From the NCBI GenBank assembly GCA_048941285.1, contig JBHLNS010000002.1, positions 1 through 64,000 on the forward strand: DNA of 64,000 nt. The letters are read 5' to 3'. The position numbers and the translations under genes are program-made. The notes beneath the pieces are model-generated. The model was not told the origin of the DNA, did not search any database, and was given only the letters and a program-made list of their open reading frames with translations. The DNA is from Promethearchaeota archaeon. GTDB lineage: Archaea > Asgardarchaeota > Lokiarchaeia > Sigyniarchaeales > SOKP01. This document shows positions 27,727 to 38,377 of the stretch, one piece after another. Numbering within the stretch: position 1 is the first letter of the stretch; each line of letters starts with the position of its first letter.

Positions 27727-28569
27727 TCAATATGATTTTTTAAATTTTGTATCTTTAGGTAATGCATAAGAAATTATATCGCAATATTTTTGAAATCCTA
27801 ATTTTCTATAAACTCGTTCGCCCAATGATGATGCTTGAAGCACTCCAACGTAATAACCCATGTTATAGGCATCAATTAGTGCTGTTCTACTTATAGTAAG
27901 TCCAAATCCTTGATTTCTATAGTTAGGTAATGTTGATACTGCATGAAGACCTGCTACCCCAGAAGAGAGATATAATAATAAGGTAGAAACTGGTAATTTA
28001 TTGAATTTTCCTAGGTAAAAATGCGCCTCTTTTTGTAATTGAATGAATTTCAGATGCTCAATATCTATGCTTAAATCAAAAACTTTTGAGACAACCCCCG
28101 ACCATTGGATTAAAGACTTTTCATCTACTACTTTTTCAATCATCAAATCATTTTCAATATTTTGACCTCTTTTTAATTTATCTAGCTTAACAGCCATTCC
28201 AACCTGATGATAAACGTTAGAAAAACCAAATTTCTCAAGTTGGGAACCTAAGTTTTGAGGTTTTGTAAGTGGTCCTATTGTCCAGCCATTAGGAGCTTTA
28301 CCTTTTCTAATAAGAGTTCTAATATTTTTTATTTCATTCTTAATAGTTTTCTTGTCAAAACTTGCTTTAAATATACAATCTGGCCAATCTGAATTCTGTG
28401 CTCGAACCCAGCTTACTTTCTCATCAAAATTTGAAGTAAAATTAGAATGTTTGGAGGATTTAATATAAAATTCATCCAAATTTTTTTCAATATAATAATT
28501 AATGGCTTCAGGGATTATGGTCCTCAGTTTCTCTCTCATTATATCCCTGCTAATGCAAAATTTATTCAT
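27727..28569 (-). CDS. GNAT family N-acetyltransferase (tandem GNAT-like domains)
   Basis: AVSTLPNYRNQGFG acetyl-CoA motif, LQASSLGERVYRKLGF. Start chosen at ATG 28569 to avoid overlapping the upstream gene. Confidence 0.85.
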   Translation of the reverse strand: MNKFCISRDIMREKLRTIIPEAINYYIEKNLDEFYIKSSKHSNFTSNFDEKVSWVRAQNSDWPDCIFKASFDKKTIKNEIKNIRTLIRKGKAPNGWTIGPLTKPQNLGSQLEKFGFSNVYHQVGMAVKLDKLKRGQNIENDLMIEKVVDEKSLIQWSGVVSKVFDLSIDIEHLKFIQLQKEAHFYLGKFNKLPVSTLLLYLSSGVAGLHAVSTLPNYRNQGFGLTISRTALIDAYNMGYYVGVLQASSLGERVYRKLGFQKYCDIISYALPKDTKFKKSY

Positions 28570-28570
28570 T

Positions 28571-29575
28571 TTATAAATGGAATTCGGTCCCAATCACACC
28601 CATTACATGTGAAGGATGGCGATGCATTATTCTATTAAATTCAAAACCAGTACAATGCATACCACACGTTATTTCTGGATTTAAACTTTCAATAAAAGAA
28701 ACAATTTTCTCAATATTTTCACTCTTCTCCATTTCTTTATGAAATCCTCCAATAAGAGCATAAATTTTATTAATTCCTGTTAATTTTTGGCCATGTTTAA
28801 TTATATTTATAAGACCAGTATGACTGCATCCTGTAACAACAACTAAACCTTTATCTTTAATATTAATATATAACGCAATTTCTTCTCTAAAAGTATGTTT
28901 TTCATATTCTGTTTTACTTACTCCTAAGTATAATCCCCTTGGAAGCTCTGTTTCATCAAATATTTCAATCTCTCCACTTGTCATTATTCCATTATAGATT
29001 TTTTCAGGTAGTTTTGTCTCTATTATTTTTACATTATTTTTGTTTGCACGTTTGTGAACAAGTTCTCTTTTAATTCGTCTTGATCTTCTGTAGAATTGGA
29101 TTTTTCCTTCCTTTTTTAATTTTTTAAATGAAGAACCGAAATCATTGGAAGATAATTCATCTCCAGATACAGTTCCCGCATAGTAACCCTCAGCAAGGCT
29201 GAGTGGACTAATATATACTTCGCTTCCTTCTTTCATTTTGGAAATCATCGGAATTAATGCTCCGAAATGATCTAAATGACCGTGGCTTATAACTAATTTT
29301 TCAATGTCTTTAAATTTAATTTTAAATTGTACTAAATTATGAATCACGGTTTGTAGATAACCTGCTGTATCAAATAAGATAATATGACTAGTTTTTCCAT
29401 CTAAAATTTTAATAATCATTGCAATTCCATGTTCCCCAACTGTTCCAAAAGAATTGTGCCTTGGTTGGATTACTTTATCCTTAAATTTTTTGTCAGTTGG
29501 CAAAGTCATACTTGTTCTATTAGACGCTATTACTTTTACTATTAGTTTCCCGCTTTCTATACTTCCAATATTCAT
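28571..29575 (-). CDS. MBL-fold metallo-hydrolase
   Basis: EHG, ILFDTA, ISHGHLDHFG, TGCSHTG, IGGFH, MHCTG. Confidence 0.88.
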   Translation of the reverse strand: MNIGSIESGKLIVKVIASNRTSMTLPTDKKFKDKVIQPRHNSFGTVGEHGIAMIIKILDGKTSHIILFDTAGYLQTVIHNLVQFKIKFKDIEKLVISHGHLDHFGALIPMISKMKEGSEVYISPLSLAEGYYAGTVSGDELSSNDFGSSFKKLKKEGKIQFYRRSRRIKRELVHKRANKNNVKIIETKLPEKIYNGIMTSGEIEIFDETELPRGLYLGVSKTEYEKHTFREEIALYINIKDKGLVVVTGCSHTGLINIIKHGQKLTGINKIYALIGGFHKEMEKSENIEKIVSFIESLNPEITCGMHCTGFEFNRIMHRHPSHVMGVIGTEFHL

Positions 29576-29723
29576 ATTCCTTATATTTTAATGTTATTAA
29601 CTTAATACTTATCATAATTCTTTTTTCTTAATAAATTGATAAGGCAAAATAAAGGAATTAACTATAAATATTGTTAAAACCAAAACCACATATAATATAG
29701 TGCTATAATAGGAAATTTTTAAT

Positions 29724-31094
29724 TTGAACGAGAATAAAATTTTAAGAAAATTAGAAGAAATTGTGGGTAAAGATTATGTTTCAAATTCCCTCGAAGATCT
29801 ATATATCTATTCTCAAGATCCCGGTGCTTCTTTAGCCCGCCCAGTTGATTTTGTGGTAATGCCGAAAGATACTGAAGAGATTCAAAAAATACTAAAATTA
29901 GCGAACGAAGAAAAAATACCTATAATTCCAATGGGCGGCGGCTTAACTCTTAGTGCTTTGGTAGTTCCTATATACAGAGGAATTGTTATTGATATGAAGA
30001 GGTTGAATAATATCATTGAAATTAATGAGGGTAGTCGTTATGCTCTTATTGAAGCAGGAGTAACTACTGGTCAATTATTATCTTATTTAAATTATAATTA
30101 TCCAGATCTGCAACCTCCTATTCCAGATGCCCCTCCCTCAGCGACAATAGCAGGAAATGTATTAATTCATGGTTCTGGTTATCTTTCTCAGAGATATGGG
30201 GATCATGGCTCAATGATTAATGGTTTGGAAATTGTCCTCCCTAATGGGGATATATGCAAATTAGGTTCTTGTGCAACCTCAAATTATTGGTTTAGTAGAG
30301 GTCCCATTCCAGATTTGATTAGTATGTTCATAAGTTCATTTGGTACAATGGGTATTATTACAAAACTCTCTTTAAAATTATACCCTAAACCAAAATTTAG
30401 AGATATTGTATTTGGATTATTACAAGATTCAAAAGATTTACCACAACTTCTAACTAATATAACAAAACTCAATATTGCAGAAGATATGCTTCTGGGAATG
30501 CAAGATAAACCAGATTGGATGAAGGGTTATATATTCATAATGACTTATATTACGGGAGATAATCAAGAAGATTTAGACCGACAGAAAAAAATGCTGAAAA
30601 AGGTATATAGGAAAAGCAACGCCAGATTTATGAAAGCTCCTGATAAAATGCATAATCTGTACATGGAAAAACCTATTTTTGCAGCGGGAGCAGCCGATTA
30701 CCGAAAGGGTGGAGGATTTGAATATGTTGGAGCATTTATGCCACTTGAAAAGGTTCCAGAAGGATATATGAAAGGTGCTGAAATTTCAAGAAAATATGGA
30801 ATCCCCCCAACAATAGGGTCACGATTGATGAGTGGGACACATACAATTATTATGTTCTTTTCTTATGCATTTAATAGAGCAGATCCAAAAGATATGGAAA
30901 ATGCTAGAAATGCTCTCCATGAAACAAATAAGCTTGCTTTAGAATTAGGTGGAATTCCATGGAAAGCGGAATTGGCAGGACAAAAATTAATTCTTGAAAA
31001 AATGGATCCCAATTATAAAAAATTGTTGAAAACTATTAAAAACACTTTAGACCCCAATGGGATAATGAATCCAGGAAATTGGGAGGTGAAATAA
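29724..31094 (+). CDS. FAD-binding oxidoreductase, GlcD/D-lactate dehydrogenase family
   Basis: VVMPKDTEEI, PMGGGLTLS, EAGVT, ATIAGN, SSFGTMGIITK, C-terminal DPNGIMNPG. Confidence 0.9.
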   Translation: MNENKILRKLEEIVGKDYVSNSLEDLYIYSQDPGASLARPVDFVVMPKDTEEIQKILKLANEEKIPIIPMGGGLTLSALVVPIYRGIVIDMKRLNNIIEINEGSRYALIEAGVTTGQLLSYLNYNYPDLQPPIPDAPPSATIAGNVLIHGSGYLSQRYGDHGSMINGLEIVLPNGDICKLGSCATSNYWFSRGPIPDLISMFISSFGTMGIITKLSLKLYPKPKFRDIVFGLLQDSKDLPQLLTNITKLNIAEDMLLGMQDKPDWMKGYIFIMTYITGDNQEDLDRQKKMLKKVYRKSNARFMKAPDKMHNLYMEKPIFAAGAADYRKGGGFEYVGAFMPLEKVPEGYMKGAEISRKYGIPPTIGSRLMSGTHTIIMFFSYAFNRADPKDMENARNALHETNKLALELGGIPWKAELAGQKLILEKMDPNYKKLLKTIKNTLDPNGIMNPGNWEVK

Positions 31095-31096
31095 AT

Positions 31097-32269
31097 TTGA
31101 CTTTAGAACAAAAACAGGATTGGAGAAATATAATTCATCGATGCTTTCGATGTGGTTACTGTAAATATACTGATGACTTTAGCGAATTCAATTGCCCAAG
31201 TTATAAAAAATTTAGATTTGAGACTTATAGTACAGGGGGCAGATTATGGCTAATTTATGGTATTTTAAGTGGTGAGATTAAATGGAATGAAGGTATTGTC
31301 AATGCAATATATGCTTGTACTACATGTGGAAATTGTACTGAAAATTGTAGATTTGATAAATTTAAAGATTTTTTAGTTGATTTCATTGAAGCTGGCAGAG
31401 CATTAGTCGTTGAAAATGGTTTTTGTCCTGAAAAGCAAGCAATTTTATTACAACGAACTAATAATCCTCAATATTTCAATCCATATGGAGAACCTAACTC
31501 AGATAATTCTCAATTAAAAGAGAAATATAATTTGCAAGATGATGCAGAATGGGTTTACTTCATAGGGTGCACCTCTAATTATCGACAGAAAAACTTAAGA
31601 GATGCAACTATAAGATTTCTTAAGAAAGCGAATATAGATTTTACATTAATCGATGAACATTGCTGTTGTAGTCCATTACTTCGAACAGGTCAAAAAGATC
31701 TTGTAAAAGATTTTATGAACTATAATATCAACCAAATCGTTAGAACTGGAGCAAAAAAGATTATAACTTCATGTGCTGGCTGTTATCGAACTATAAAAAA
31801 AGATTGGTTAAAATTAGATGCTAGTTATGAGTTTGAAATATATCATACTGTTGAATTAGTTAAAAAACTATTAGATGAAGAACGAATTTCAATCAACTCA
31901 GAATTTCAAAAATCAGTAACCTATCATGATCCTTGCCATTTAGGCCGCCATATGGGTATTTATGAGATTCCGCGAGGCGTTTATAAAAAAATTCCAGGAA
32001 TCGAATTATTGGAAATGCGTCGAAACCGTGAAAATGCTTGGTGTTGTGGTGCTGGGGGAGGTGTAAAGATAGGTTACCCTGAATGGTCATTGGAAGTCTC
32101 AAAAGAGAGATTGGATGAAGCTAAAGAAACAGGTGCTTCAGTAATATCTTCAATATGTCCTTTTTGCAGAACGAATTTATCGGATGCAAATGAAAAGTAT
32201 AATATGGATTTTGAAGTAATTGATCTGATGGAAATTTTAGATAAACTTGATATTGATATAAAGAAGTAA
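31097..32269 (+). CDS. Fe-S oxidoreductase with CCG domains (HdrD/GlcF-like)
   Basis: CFRCGYC, CTTCGNCTENC, EHCCCSP, SCAGC, YHDPCHLGR, WCCGAGGG, ICPFC. TTG start at 31097 directly follows the preceding gene. Confidence 0.9.
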   Translation: MTLEQKQDWRNIIHRCFRCGYCKYTDDFSEFNCPSYKKFRFETYSTGGRLWLIYGILSGEIKWNEGIVNAIYACTTCGNCTENCRFDKFKDFLVDFIEAGRALVVENGFCPEKQAILLQRTNNPQYFNPYGEPNSDNSQLKEKYNLQDDAEWVYFIGCTSNYRQKNLRDATIRFLKKANIDFTLIDEHCCCSPLLRTGQKDLVKDFMNYNINQIVRTGAKKIITSCAGCYRTIKKDWLKLDASYEFEIYHTVELVKKLLDEERISINSEFQKSVTYHDPCHLGRHMGIYEIPRGVYKKIPGIELLEMRRNRENAWCCGAGGGVKIGYPEWSLEVSKERLDEAKETGASVISSICPFCRTNLSDANEKYNMDFEVIDLMEILDKLDIDIKK

Positions 32270-32301
32270 AAATAATAGAAAGAATAAAAATTAATTTTAA
32301 T

Positions 32302-33315
32302 TTAGTAATTTAATTCTTCACCAAGTGCCATGCGAGCTAAATCGCTTAGCAAATAATTCTTTAATCCATTCCTCTCAACTTTGGATCCTAAAACATCTTT
32401 ACATGCAGGGCAGTTATATACGCATGCTTCAGCGCCATGATCAAGCATATCTTTGACATTCTTATTTTGGGTAGGTCTAACTAATTTACTTTTGCCTATC
32501 CATGAAAACCCTCCAGCACAACATAATGCATTTATTCTATCATACTCTCTCGCGACGCGTTCTACTCCAATTAATTCACAAATTTTATCAACCCACTCAT
32601 CAGTCTCAGGTATAAATCTATTGGAACAATTTCTTTGATACGCAATTTTCATATTAAGTTTTTTCAATTCTGATTCGTGTTCTTTTAGATAATTATATAT
32701 ATATTCAAGGAGATGAATCGGCTTAAATGGCACCTCAATATTATTTCTTTGACAATAAGATGTCCAAAGTCCATAGCATTCGTCATGCCAACAAATCAAT
32801 TCTTTTATTCCATGTTTTTTTATATTGTCAATTATAATTGGAACCCTTTCTCTTATTACCGAATCTCTAGCAAGGTGATGATACATTAAATTACAATAAA
32901 AAGCACGACCGCTTATATATTGCATATTTTCAAACATTTGCCCTTTCATTTCTTCCTCATTTATTCTTGAAAAAGTACATTTATGAAAAACAGGTTTATT
33001 AGGATCAATTTCTTTTATTATTAATTCATCAGGAGGTTTAAACCGATTAATCAAGTCATTTATAAACGTTGGAGGAATATCGAATGAATTATATTTTTCC
33101 TGTAATTCTGTTTTTAAATCAAATGGATGTGAATTATATGGACAATATTCGTCACAAGCAAAACATGTAACACATTGCTTTAAGACGAATGAATCCTCTC
33201 CATTAATCATTTTTTCCATTTCAATTCTCGCTGTTTCTTTATCAATATCCATCCATTGGCATCGAGTTAAGCAATCAATATTTTCACATTCAGAACAATG
33301 AGATTTATCAAACAT
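32302..33315 (-). CDS. (Fe-S)-binding protein with CCG-like domain
   Basis: CSECENIDCLTRC, CVTCFACDEYCP, LCCAGG, NCPAC. Confidence 0.82.
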   Translation of the reverse strand: MFDKSHCSECENIDCLTRCQWMDIDKETARIEMEKMINGEDSFVLKQCVTCFACDEYCPYNSHPFDLKTELQEKYNSFDIPPTFINDLINRFKPPDELIIKEIDPNKPVFHKCTFSRINEEEMKGQMFENMQYISGRAFYCNLMYHHLARDSVIRERVPIIIDNIKKHGIKELICWHDECYGLWTSYCQRNNIEVPFKPIHLLEYIYNYLKEHESELKKLNMKIAYQRNCSNRFIPETDEWVDKICELIGVERVAREYDRINALCCAGGFSWIGKSKLVRPTQNKNVKDMLDHGAEACVYNCPACKDVLGSKVERNGLKNYLLSDLARMALGEELNY

Positions 33316-33475
33316 TTTTATAACATTTTTAAAATGTAATTTTTAAACTCTTTAATTTTGAAGATTTATAATTAATAAATTTAGAAGATTAATTTAATTT
33401 TATTAAAAATAGGTTTATAGAATTTGAAAAATTCTAATTAAAAGCAATCTGCAAACTACGTGATAGATGGTTAAG

Positions 33476-33500
33476 GAAAAAAAATTTAAAAAAAAAGAAA
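33476..33500 (-). terminator. Oligo-U terminator downstream of hppA
   Basis: A-runs on the + strand (T-runs on the coding strand) ~30-55 nt past the stop. Confidence 0.4.
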
Positions 33501-33530
33501 ATATTAGTTTAATGGTTTAAAAAGGGTTCT

Positions 33531-35627
33531 CTAAATTAAAAAGGCCAATAATCCCGCTCCACCGTTGAAGAGAAGTAAGAATCCCATAAAAATAGATGCA
33601 GTCAGTGACATTACTACTAAGAGAGTATTTATACTAGGACCTGCAGTATCTTTAAATGGATCTCCAACAGTATCTCCTGTAATAGACGCCTTATGAGTTT
33701 CAGTCCCTTTTCCTCCTAGATTACCATCTTCTATCCACTTCTTAGCATTGTCCCAAGCTCCACCTGCATTAGACATCATTACTGCAAAAACAAATCCAGA
33801 TAAGATCGCCCCTGCTAGAAATGCCCCTAATGAAGCAACTCCAAATATAATGCCTACCGCAATAGGGATAGCAATTGATATTATACTCGGTAAAAGTAAT
33901 TCTTTTAGTGAACCTCTTGTAGCGATATCAATTGTTCTACTAAAATCAGCAGCTACTTCACCCGTAAGGATTTTTGGATTAGATTCAAATTGTCTTCTGA
34001 TTTCATCCACCATCTTTGCTGCGTTTCTTTGTACAGCTCGTATTAATAATGCTGAAAATAAAGCTGGAACTACTACACCTATGAATCCTCCAATCAAAAC
34101 TTTCACATCTAATAAATCTATAATCGCAATTCCTGCTTCTTGTGCATAAGAAAATAATAATGCTAATACTGTTAGATTAGCGGCTCCTATCGCGAACCCT
34201 TTTGTTATTGCCTTAGCAGTATTACCCGCAGAATCTAGTCTATCAGCAGTACGGATAATATCATCACCTAATTCTCCTTGTTCAGCAATAGCTCTAGCAT
34301 TATCAACTATGGGCCCGTAAGCATCATTAGATACTATGGTTCCTACAATTGCTAACATTCCAACAGCTGCCATTGCAACTCCAAGAAATCCGTCTAAAAC
34401 AAATGCAAAGGCCATAGCAAATGAAATGCCAATTGCAGGAGGAACAACACTAATCAATCCATATGAAAACCCAGAAAGAATAACAACAGCGTGCCCTTCT
34501 TGTGCTGCATGAGCCATATTGCGCGTTGGCTTTTTATCATCTCGAGTAAAATAGTCACTAGTAAATCCTATTATTAACCCACTTGCTAACCCTAATAAAA
34601 CAGCAAAATAATCTAACCATATTTTTCCATAATAACTTGGATCCAACAATGGATCTAAAGTCATCAACAGGGCAAAAAGTCCCCCCAGTCCAGCAAAAAT
34701 AATTGTAGCGATGTAAGTTCCAGAATTTAAAGATTTTCCTGGATCTTCAGAACCTTTCCATTTTATTAGAAAAATCCCTATAAGGGATGCGATTAATCCC
34801 ACTCCTGCTAATACTATAGGATAAATTACAAACGATCCTGAAAGATCTCCAGCAACTAACGCTGCTGCTAAAATCATTGCGGCCACTATAGACGCTACAT
34901 ACGAGTCAAACAAATCACTACCCATTCCTGCAATATCACCAACGTTATCACCAACATTGTCAGCAATGGTTGCTGGATTTCTTGGATCATCTTCGGGGAG
35001 ATTATATTCTGCCTTTCCAACAAGATCAGCCCCTACATCAGCAGTCTTTGTGTATATACCACCACCACACTTCATAAAAAGTGCTATACTGCTCGCACCA
35101 AAACTAAAACCTAATACAATCAATGGTTCTTGAAAAATCCAATAAAGAGTTGATACTCCAATTAAAGCAACTCCTACAACTGCTAACCCCATAACTGAAC
35201 CTCCAAAGAAAGCAATATCGAATCCTTTCTTGGTACCAACTGTACAACCCTGGGCTGCACGAGTATTTGCTTTAACACCAACATACATACCCAACCAACC
35301 AGCTAACATAGAACCTATTGCCCCAATTAAATATGCAAGAGCCTGTTCCCAATTTAGATGTCCAGTGATAATTGGAATTGTATCGGCTGTCATTTCAGTA
35401 GGCAAAAGTAGTAACATAATTGCAAAAAGTACACCAACAAAAATCCCCAAGATTTTATATTGAACTTTAAGATAAGTTGTAGCTCCTTTCTCAATATATC
35501 CAGCTACCTCCACCATTTTTTCATTTCCCGGATCTTCCTTTAGAACTAGACTTCTAAAATATAAAGCCATTGCTATTGAGATTACTCCAGCAATTAAAGC
35601 AACAATTAAAATTATTGGTACAGCCAT
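33531..35627 (-). CDS. hppA: Membrane-bound ion-translocating pyrophosphatase, probably K+-independent H+-PPase
   Basis: GGGIYTKTADVGADLVGK, EDDPRNPATIADNVGDNVGD, GDTVGDPFKDTAGP. GNTAKA has Lys at the K+-dependence determinant. Confidence 0.95.
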   Translation of the reverse strand: MAVPIILIVALIAGVISIAMALYFRSLVLKEDPGNEKMVEVAGYIEKGATTYLKVQYKILGIFVGVLFAIMLLLLPTEMTADTIPIITGHLNWEQALAYLIGAIGSMLAGWLGMYVGVKANTRAAQGCTVGTKKGFDIAFFGGSVMGLAVVGVALIGVSTLYWIFQEPLIVLGFSFGASSIALFMKCGGGIYTKTADVGADLVGKAEYNLPEDDPRNPATIADNVGDNVGDIAGMGSDLFDSYVASIVAAMILAAALVAGDLSGSFVIYPIVLAGVGLIASLIGIFLIKWKGSEDPGKSLNSGTYIATIIFAGLGGLFALLMTLDPLLDPSYYGKIWLDYFAVLLGLASGLIIGFTSDYFTRDDKKPTRNMAHAAQEGHAVVILSGFSYGLISVVPPAIGISFAMAFAFVLDGFLGVAMAAVGMLAIVGTIVSNDAYGPIVDNARAIAEQGELGDDIIRTADRLDSAGNTAKAITKGFAIGAANLTVLALLFSYAQEAGIAIIDLLDVKVLIGGFIGVVVPALFSALLIRAVQRNAAKMVDEIRRQFESNPKILTGEVAADFSRTIDIATRGSLKELLLPSIISIAIPIAVGIIFGVASLGAFLAGAILSGFVFAVMMSNAGGAWDNAKKWIEDGNLGGKGTETHKASITGDTVGDPFKDTAGPSINTLLVVMSLTASIFMGFLLLFNGGAGLLAFLI

Positions 35628-35896
35628 AATTTTTCACTTAATTTTATAGTATTTTTTTAGATTTTTTGTTATTCAAATTAATAATAATATCACTCAAAAT
35701 TACTTAAATCATTAAAATATTTTGAATTTTAAAGAAAAATTAACTTGAAATGAAGTTGATTTTATAATTATAACTTAAAACATATCAAATTATATTTCTT
35801 AATTAGGTAAAATGAACCCTTGCTTTTCAAAATAAAAATAGTTATTAATATCTATCTAACTTAATAATATTCAATAAAAAATTTAGAAAATATTGG

Positions 35897-37012
35897 GTGA
35901 ATTCAATCACTTTACAAAATCAGAATGAAAAAGAAGTTACAATAAAGGATCAAATGAAAAAATTCCTAATAAAAGGCTTTTATGGATTTAATACAGTACT
36001 AACATTTGGTTTAGGTCAAAGGCTTGGTATTTTTGATTATCTTTATGAAAAAACTAAATCTTCAACCGCAGGATCATCATTATCTTCAATTATTTTTACT
36101 ATAGAAGAAATTTCTGAAAAACTTAATTTAAATCTAAAATATATAGATGCGTGGGTTCATTTAGGTCTTGTGTGTGGTCTTTTCGAAATCAACGATGCCA
36201 TTAAAAAAGAAATAAAAACTGCTCCACATGTGTATAGTTTATTAATTGACTGCAATCATATGTTTTATGTTGGAGATACTATTGGTGCTTTTTATTACCT
36301 TGCACCATATCAAGATTCTATATTTGAGTATATTAAGGGTAGAAAACAATTAGGTACCAAAGAATTCTATAATGAATATCCTGAAGATGTAATTAGAGCT
36401 ACACAGAGGATGAGTGCGAGAGTTGGATCATTGGTCGAGAGGTTATTTTCTAAGAATTTTAAGGATTTTTGTAGATCTTTAACAAGTGATTCATCTATTC
36501 TATCAGTAGGTTGTGGTTATGGTTATACTTTAGCAATGTGGGCAAAAAAATATAAGAAAGCTCAATTTGTAGGTATTGATATTGATTCTCGAGGGACATT
36601 AGCTGCTCAAAAGTTAATAGAAGAAAATAATATGAGTGATAGAGTTGAAATTCTTGAAATTCCACTTGATAAATATACTAAACAATCAGAAAAAAAGTTT
36701 AATTTGATATTATTAAATCAAGTGCTCCATGAGATGGAAAAGGATAAGGCTTATCGATTTAATGTGTTCAATGATCTTTATGTTTTGTTAAAAGATGGTG
36801 GAATTTTGCTTGTTGGAGAGAGTATGATACATGACACTTTTGATTGGCAACAGGAATTCCAGCTTTTTGATGTTATGCATAAATTTCTTGAAGCAGATTT
36901 TGCGGGTTTTTATGACGAGATAACTTTTAAAGAATTTATTAATTCTACACCATTTAAAGACTATGAATTTATAAAAGACAAGGGAACTTATTTCTGGGTT
37001 TTACGAAAGTAA
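35897..37012 (+). CDS. Class I SAM-dependent methyltransferase with N-terminal helical/wHTH domain
   Basis: ILSVGCGYG, FVGIDID, VLHEM, LLKDGGILL. Confidence 0.85.
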   Translation: MNSITLQNQNEKEVTIKDQMKKFLIKGFYGFNTVLTFGLGQRLGIFDYLYEKTKSSTAGSSLSSIIFTIEEISEKLNLNLKYIDAWVHLGLVCGLFEINDAIKKEIKTAPHVYSLLIDCNHMFYVGDTIGAFYYLAPYQDSIFEYIKGRKQLGTKEFYNEYPEDVIRATQRMSARVGSLVERLFSKNFKDFCRSLTSDSSILSVGCGYGYTLAMWAKKYKKAQFVGIDIDSRGTLAAQKLIEENNMSDRVEILEIPLDKYTKQSEKKFNLILLNQVLHEMEKDKAYRFNVFNDLYVLLKDGGILLVGESMIHDTFDWQQEFQLFDVMHKFLEADFAGFYDEITFKEFINSTPFKDYEFIKDKGTYFWVLRK

Positions 37013-37028
37013 AATTAATTATAGAAAA

Positions 37029-37158
37029 ACGGAATTAGAAAATTTGAAGTGCTTATTATGGATTAATCACAATGGTTTTTCCAAGTAAGCGCGGATGTTG
37101 GAATTGCAAAGAAAAAGGTTCCAGGAAGAAAAATAAAAGGTTAATTATTAGTTATTAA
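37029..37158 (+). pseudogene. Possible decayed small zinc-ribbon gene, or a 28-aa CxxC sORF (37072-37158)
   Basis: ELENLKCLL in one frame, then GLITMVFPSKRGCWNCKEK in another; restoring 2 nt (TG) near 37060 gives CLLCG...CWNC. Confidence 0.3.
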
Positions 37159-37306
37159 ATTGTTTTATAATCAAAACTGTTTTTATATCACAATATTAAA
37201 TTAATTAGGATATTTTTCTTATTATAATTGCAAAGGGAGTATAATAAAAAGTAAATCTATAAGCTTATTTCATTTTAATGTAAAATAAATCTGAGTGAAA
37301 GTTTTT

Positions 37307-38251
37307 ATGGAAGAATTAAGTTGCGAAGCTCTTATTATTGGTAGTGGACCAGCAGGGTTAACTGCGGGGATTTATTGTGCTCGTGCAAATAGAGATGTTA
37401 TAATTCTAGATGGAAAAGAACCATCTGCATTAGCAAAAACTAAAGAAATTCAAAATTGGCCTGGAGAAATTGATATCAGGGGTAAAAAACTGTTAGAAAA
37501 ATTTAGGGCTCATGCTGAAAGTTATTCAGAAAATGTGCGAATTATTCAAAGTGATGTTATTTCACTAATGCTTGGAATGGGTGTAAACAGAATCTCAACA
37601 AGAACAGTAAATATAACGTCTGATGTTGTTATAATTGCTACGGGAGGAGGTACACGAAAAGAAATAATAAAAGGAGAGGATTCTTTGCTTGGATTCGGTG
37701 TTTCCTATAGTGCCTTATGGGATGGACCCTTATATAAAGATAAAGTAGTCTATTTATATGGTAATGACGCGGAAATGTTGGATGATGCTTTAGCCCTTCA
37801 ACAAATGGGTTGCATCGTTCGAGTAATCACAAATATTGAAATTGAAAAATTACCTGAAAATTTATATGATGTAAAAAAAGCTGGAATTGAGATTTTTGAA
37901 AACTTGGAAATAATTGAAGCCGTTCCAAATTCAGAAGGTATTATTCAAAAGATTTTATGCAGATCTACTAAATCTAATTCAGAAGCGGTAGAAGAAATAA
38001 AGGAATTTGAACTTAGTTGTTTATTTATATTATCTCATATATCTTCAAATTCAATTTTTAAAAAATCTGGAGTAGAATTAGATGAAATGGGAAATATTAA
38101 AGTTGATGAAGAACAAAAAACAAATCTAAAAGGAGTTTATGCTGCTGGCGATTGTACAGGAGGAGCTTTTCAAGTTATATTTGCTGTGGCAGAAGGTGGT
38201 CGTGCAGGAATTAATGCTTGCAAATACCTTCGACAATTAAAAAAAGAATAA
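37307..38251 (+). CDS. Thioredoxin reductase-like flavoprotein lacking the redox CxxC
   Basis: IIGSGPAGLTAG, ATG and GVYAAGD FAD motifs present, but GVSYSALWDG replaces GxSYCxxCDG and YGNDAEM replaces GGGxxA. Confidence 0.85.
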   Translation: MEELSCEALIIGSGPAGLTAGIYCARANRDVIILDGKEPSALAKTKEIQNWPGEIDIRGKKLLEKFRAHAESYSENVRIIQSDVISLMLGMGVNRISTRTVNITSDVVIIATGGGTRKEIIKGEDSLLGFGVSYSALWDGPLYKDKVVYLYGNDAEMLDDALALQQMGCIVRVITNIEIEKLPENLYDVKKAGIEIFENLEIIEAVPNSEGIIQKILCRSTKSNSEAVEEIKEFELSCLFILSHISSNSIFKKSGVELDEMGNIKVDEEQKTNLKGVYAAGDCTGGAFQVIFAVAEGGRAGINACKYLRQLKKE

Positions 38252-38377
38252 AATTTAGAATGCATTACACTCTCTTTTTTACTTTCTTCTCGAAAAACCT
38301 CACAGTTAAATTAAATATATATCCTATAAAAAAAATTCAAAAAATTTATACCATTATTAAAATTAATATGCCTAAAT

